Assembly (NCBI GenBank): GCA_963764625.1
Contig: CAVXTH010000005.1
Location: 256,001-320,000, forward strand
Length of the DNA: 64,000 nucleotides
Reading direction: 5' to 3'
From: Candidatus Krumholzibacteriota bacterium
GTDB lineage: Bacteria; Krumholzibacteriota; Krumholzibacteriia; JAJRXK01
Made by a program: the position numbers and the translations under genes
Notes under the pieces: generated by a model
Databases searched by the model: none
Seen by the model: the letters and a program-made list of their open reading frames with translations, nothing else
What the model was told of the DNA's origin: nothing
Part shown: positions 60,163 to 64,000 of the stretch, piece after piece
How the letters are laid out: each line of letters begins with the position of its first letter
How positions within the stretch are numbered: position 1 is the first letter of the stretch

Positions 60163-61634
60163 TCAAGGCTTCTGATTGTCGATCTTCGAACCCTCCTCCG
60201 GATTCAGCGGAACCTCGTGGCGCAGGACCTCCCGGTTCAAGACCTTGAACTCCACGCGGCGGTTCTGGGCGCGACCGGCCGCAGTCGCGTTGTCCGCGAT
60301 GGGCTCGCTTTCTCCGTAGCCGCGAATGGCAAACTGCTCCGCGCGCAGCTGCGGGAAGTTCTCCTGCAACCAGCCGAAGACCGCGCGCGCGCGCGCTTCG
60401 CTCAGCTTCTGATTGAACTCTGCCGCTCCCTGCGAGTCGGTATGTCCACCGATTTCGATGCGCAGGCTGGGCCATTTCACCAGGATCTTGGCCACGTCGG
60501 TAAGAGCGGGATACGAATCCGGTTTGATCTGGGCCTTCGCGCTCTCGAAGTGCACGTTGTTCAACCGCAGCAAGCCGGTGTCGAGCAGCTGGATCTCCCG
60601 TGCGCTCTGGGGAATCGGGCAACCGCGTTCGTCCACCGCGATGTTCTTCGGAGTCCCCGGGCAGCGGTCGATGCGATCGGGTACACCGTCGCCGTCGTTG
60701 TCCACCTCGCAACCCCACTGGTCGACCTGTTCTCCTTCAGCCGTATCGGGGCAACGGTCGATCCCGTCGGGAACCCCGTCGTGATCCGCGTCGAGCGCGC
60801 AGCCCATTTCGTCCACCGGCACGCCGGGTGCAGTGTCGGGGCAGCGATCGAGGAGGTCATACACTCCGTCGCCATCGCCATCGAGAGGACAGCCTTCGTC
60901 GTCCACCTTCGCGCCTTGCGGCGTGTCCGGGCAGCGGTCGAGTCCGTCGAAGACGCCGTCGTTGTCGCTGTCGGTGGGACACCCACTCGCATCGACCTAG
61001 GCCATGCGCGGAGTGTCCGGACAGCGATCAATGCGGTCGGGTACGCCATCGGCGTCACCGTCGGCTCCATTGGCGACCGAAGGCAAAGTGCAGACCGGCA
61101 GTAATAATCCAATTGGTCGGGAAGTTGTCTTCATTGGGTCCCGCGCTCTTGCGCTCGGTCACCACGCGCCGCAGATCCAAGCGCAGGTCGACGCGCCGGC
61201 CTTCGGCCGTGGCGAGAGCCACGAGCAAACCACCGCCCGCTTCCCATCCATTCCAGTTTTCCTCGCCCGCTCCGAGCTCGTTGATGTGCAGGCGAGTCAC
61301 TCCCGCGGTGAGATAGGGGTTGACCCGGTGAAACGGAAGAATCTCGAAGATGCCGTTCGCGCTGAGGTGGGTCATGCGGAAATCAGTACCGCCCAAGTCT
61401 TGCGTGGGGTTCAACTCGAGAGTCCCCTCGACTCCGAAGCGCGACCAGGGCATGAAGGCGAGTCGTCCACCATAGATGATGTCGTTTTCGAGGGGCCTGC
61501 CTCCCGTCCAGATATTGCTCTCCAGCCTGGGCCGAAAACCCGAGATGCGGACCTTCTACTTCCGCGGAGGCCGGAGCGGCCAGGAGAAGCACACCCAAGA
61601 GAATCGAAAACCGGAAACAATGAGAGCGATCCAT
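60163..61634 (-). CDS. OmpA family protein (beta-barrel + TSP3 repeats + OmpA_C); two +1 frameshifts (~61500, ~61075) and an in-frame TAG at 60999-60997
   Basis: Signal peptide, beta-strands, five D-rich CP repeats, GHTDSQG, LSEARA and NRRVEF. Confidence 0.88.
60613..61062 (-). repeat. Five tandem 90-nt (30-aa) thrombospondin type-3-like repeats DxDxDGVxDxxDRCPxT....VDxxGC
   Basis: Repeats read directly from the translation; exact 90-nt period. Confidence 0.9.
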
Positions 61635-61908
61635 TCTATCCTACCCTCTTCGACTGGGATATCCGTCCATGAGGACTCGTGACGGTGGCGTACGCAGACG
61701 CTTCCGCGCCGCGTGGGCACCGCGCCCCTAGAGTGCCTCGAAGCGATGAGAACGAAAAGGAAAAGATTCAGGATCCACTATAAAATCATTGGTGGTGCCT
61801 TGATTGAGTTCTAGTACTCCCCTTGACAGAGAATTCGAACGAGTGATCTAATCGAAGTCTCGTATTCCTTCAGACCATTTACTCTCGTCACTGGAGGAGG
61901 ATGTCTCC

Positions 61909-63063
61909 ATGCAGATGAATCGTCGCAGGATGAGCGGAATTCTCGCTGTTCTGCTCATCGTTTCCCTGGCCTGGGTCGGTTGCTCGAACGACTCGAGCAA
62001 TATCACCGGACCGCAAAACCAAAACCAAGCCGAACTCGCACAGTTGTACGGTCGGGCCAATCCCGCCATGCAATCGGCGATGGACATTCAGCTCAAGAAC
62101 ACAGCCGTTCTCATGGCGACCGATCGGGTCGTCGGGAACGGCGACGGGCGTGGATGACAACGGCGCTCCCGTACTCCTCGTTCTCACCGAGAACGCAATC
62201 GACACCTCCATTTTCCCGAGCCGCATCGAGGGCTTGAAAGTGAAGCAGATGGTGGTCGGACATCTCGTCGCCATGAAAGGCCCTCCGGGCGGCGGGGCGG
62301 CGGCGGACACGGTGGTGGCGGCGGCGGCGGTGTGAGCCATACGGCCATCCAGACTCCGCCCATCGAACTCGGCACCTCAGGTGGCTGGTCGTATGACCTG
62401 GCCAATGGCTACTGCTGCGGCGGCACGCTCGGCTCCCTGATTCAGATCGGTGGCAACCAGTACGTACTCTCCAACTACCACGTCTTCGAGGCCGATATCG
62501 TCAACGGTGGCAACAACCTTACGGCCAGCAACGGCGATCCCATCATTCAGCCCGGCCTGATCGACGTGAACTGCAGCGCCGGAAGCGCACAGGCCGTGGC
62601 CACCCTGTCGCTCAAGCACTCGTTGCCGAACAACAACGTCGACTGTGCGGTGGCCCAGGTCATTCCGGGCATGGTCAAAAGCGACGGATCGATCCTTGAG
62701 ATCGGGACCCTGAGCAGCCAGACCGTGGCCGCCTTCGTGGGCCAGGCCGTGAAGAAGAGCGGCCGCACGACCGGTCTCTCGCGTTCCACCGTGAGCGGTC
62801 TCAACGCCAGCGTGAGCATCAGCTACGAGAACGAGTGCGCCGGCGGCACGGCCTTCACCAAGACCTTCACCGGTCAGATCGTCGTTGGCCAGAAGCACTC
62901 GAGCTTCCTCGACAGCGGGGATAGCGGTTCTCTCATGGTCGAGGACGTAAGCACCAACCCGCGCGCGGTGGGTCTGCTGTTTGCGGGCAGCCGTAGCGCC
63001 GCCATTGCCAATCCCATCGACGATGTGCTAGGCTTCTTGAACGCCTCGATGGTCGGCAACTAG
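61909..63063 (+). CDS. Nal1-like trypsin-fold serine protease lipoprotein with prodomain and poly-Gly linker; compensating +1 (~62137) and -1 (~62296) frameshifts
   Basis: Lipobox-like WVGC; GTLG, LSNYHV, QPG..D, VDCAVA, KSGRTTG, GDSGS and VGLLFAGS motifs. Confidence 0.88.
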
Positions 63064-63112
63064 AACCAGTTCGAAGATTGATCGCCACGCCCAGCGTGGC
63101 TCCCAAAGGCAT

Positions 63113-63143
63113 GAACGCTCTGCTCCCCTTGGAGCGGGCGTTC
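63113..63143 (+). terminator. Hairpin after the protease gene (possible terminator)
   Basis: GAACGC..UGCUCC-CCUU-GGAGCG.GCGUUC; weak U tail. Confidence 0.45.
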
Positions 63144-63229
63144 TGCTATGCTCCCGGGGTGGAGGCTCCCAGTTCTGGAGGGCGATCATGGGGTTTTCAG
63201 GTCGTTACCCGCGCCTGCGGGCATCGAAT

Positions 63230-63554
63230 ATGCGATTCCTGGTCTTGTTCGTTCTCACGCTCGCCGCCAGTGCCTGCGGAAGGGAGGACTGGGAGCCACG
63301 GCTCCCCTCCAGCGCAGGAGACCAAAATGACATTTCGACGCCCCATCGACGACGTCCTCGCGGACCACGATCAGGAGATCCTGGCCATTCCCGGGATCAC
63401 GATGATCTACGTGGGGGCCACTCGAGAGGGAGATCCGTGTATCAAGGTGGGCGTGGTCACCGCGACTCCCGAGGTGGAGGAGCGCATCCCCAAGGAACTC
63501 GAGGGCTGGCCGGTCGAGGTTGAGGAGACCGGAGAAATCGAGCCCATGCACTGA
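63230..63554 (+). CDS. Small lipoprotein consisting of a free-standing protease-prodomain-like module; probable +1 frameshift at ~63285
   Basis: MRFLVLFVLTLAASAC lipobox, then in the next frame ILAIPGITMIYVG...IPKELEGWPVEVEETGEIEP. Alternative start at ATG 63327. Confidence 0.7.
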
Positions 63555-63609
63555 GCGCAGAGTCCGCCCACGAAGCCAGTGGTCCTGCGAATCGCGGAGC
63601 GGTCAGGGT

Positions 63610-64000
63610 TCAGCGCAAGAGCGGCGAGTCTCCGAAGAACTCCCTCAGTTCCGCCCGCGCCTTCCGATTCACCGCGTCCGACCAGAGATCCACCCGATTG
63701 CGATCGTCACTCAAGATCTGAGCCCCAGGCAACTGCGTTGGATCGAAGCGGTTGGCCCACGCGTGGTTCATCTGCACCACACGCCAGTGTTCGTAGTCGT
63801 CATTGATGAAGTCGAGTGGACGGGGGAGTCTCTCGTCCGGGAGTTGAAACTCGGGATCCATCGCCCCCAGAAGCACGACGTTGCCCAGGGTATTGGGCGG
63901 CTCCTGGGTGGGAAGCGCCCACACCACGGGAAACTGCTGCTTCAAGGTCAGACCGACGGACGCGACCAAAGGATCGTGCCACTCCCGGCATTCCACGTTC
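63610..64000 (-). CDS. C-terminal part of a spermidine-synthase-like (fused MFS/spermidine synthase) protein; partial
   Basis: TLKQQFP.V, GNVVL and ILSDDRNRVD motifs. Confidence 0.6.
   Translation of the reverse strand, partial: NVECREWHDPLVASVGLTLKQQFPVVWALPTQEPPNTLGNVVLLGAMDPEFQLPDERLPRPLDFINDDYEHWRVVQMNHAWANRFDPTQLPGAQILSDDRNRVDLWSDAVNRKARAELREFFGDSPLLR

Noticed and set aside
60613-61062. Regularly spaced repeats as a possible CRISPR array
   Set aside because: They are degenerate 90-nt coding repeats (TSP3) within OmpA, with no identical direct repeats and no cas genes.
62288-62332. GGC-rich tract as a phase-variation switch
   Set aside because: It encodes a poly-Gly linker. Trinucleotide slippage would keep the frame, and the 1-nt deletion there fits sequencing error.
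1-64000. Genome-wide stop-codon reassignment, prophage or IS elements
   Set aside because: TAG, TGA and TAA all end conserved genes at the expected positions, and no integrase, transposase or phage structural genes were recognised.

Overview
This is a high-GC (roughly mid-60s % by eye) diderm bacterial chromosome segment, probably from an FCB-superphylum candidate lineage such as Krumholzibacteriota, Eisenbacteria or Latescibacterota. That assignment is an inference from C-terminal S-x-(W/F)G-x-x-K motifs, abundant lipoproteins and beta-barrels, and mfd/PPIase/ftsEX synteny. About 58 CDS were found. The first 35 kb is entirely minus-strand housekeeping and envelope genes: moxR, DUF58, vWA/BatA, two secreted paralogues, a NUDIX::eIF2B-like fusion, iscS, mfd, two PPIases, ftsEX, envC, holB, tatD, rsmA, a large beta-barrel, two lipoproteins, a YibQ-like gene, secDF, a giant histidine kinase and DUF4159. 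The remaining 29 kb is mixed-strand accessory and metabolic genes: an ECF sigma/anti-sigma/DUF4252 module, egtD, pepF, an NHLRC2-like protein, fdxA, thyA, folA, STAS, ACT, OmpA and a Nal1-like protease. No tRNA, rRNA, CRISPR array or transposase was recognised. Fourteen frameshifts (13 of them +1) and one in-frame TAG interrupt otherwise intact genes, most likely from long-read sequencing error. The best leads are an unannotated ~270-nt, highly structured minus-strand RNA candidate with its own putative promoter (47140-47448), a shared C-terminal putative sorting motif on tandem secreted proteins, a NUDIX::eIF2B-like fusion lacking the isomerase catalytic Cys, a protease followed by a free-standing prodomain-like gene, and a large beta-barrel plus twin lipoproteins coupled to rsmA.
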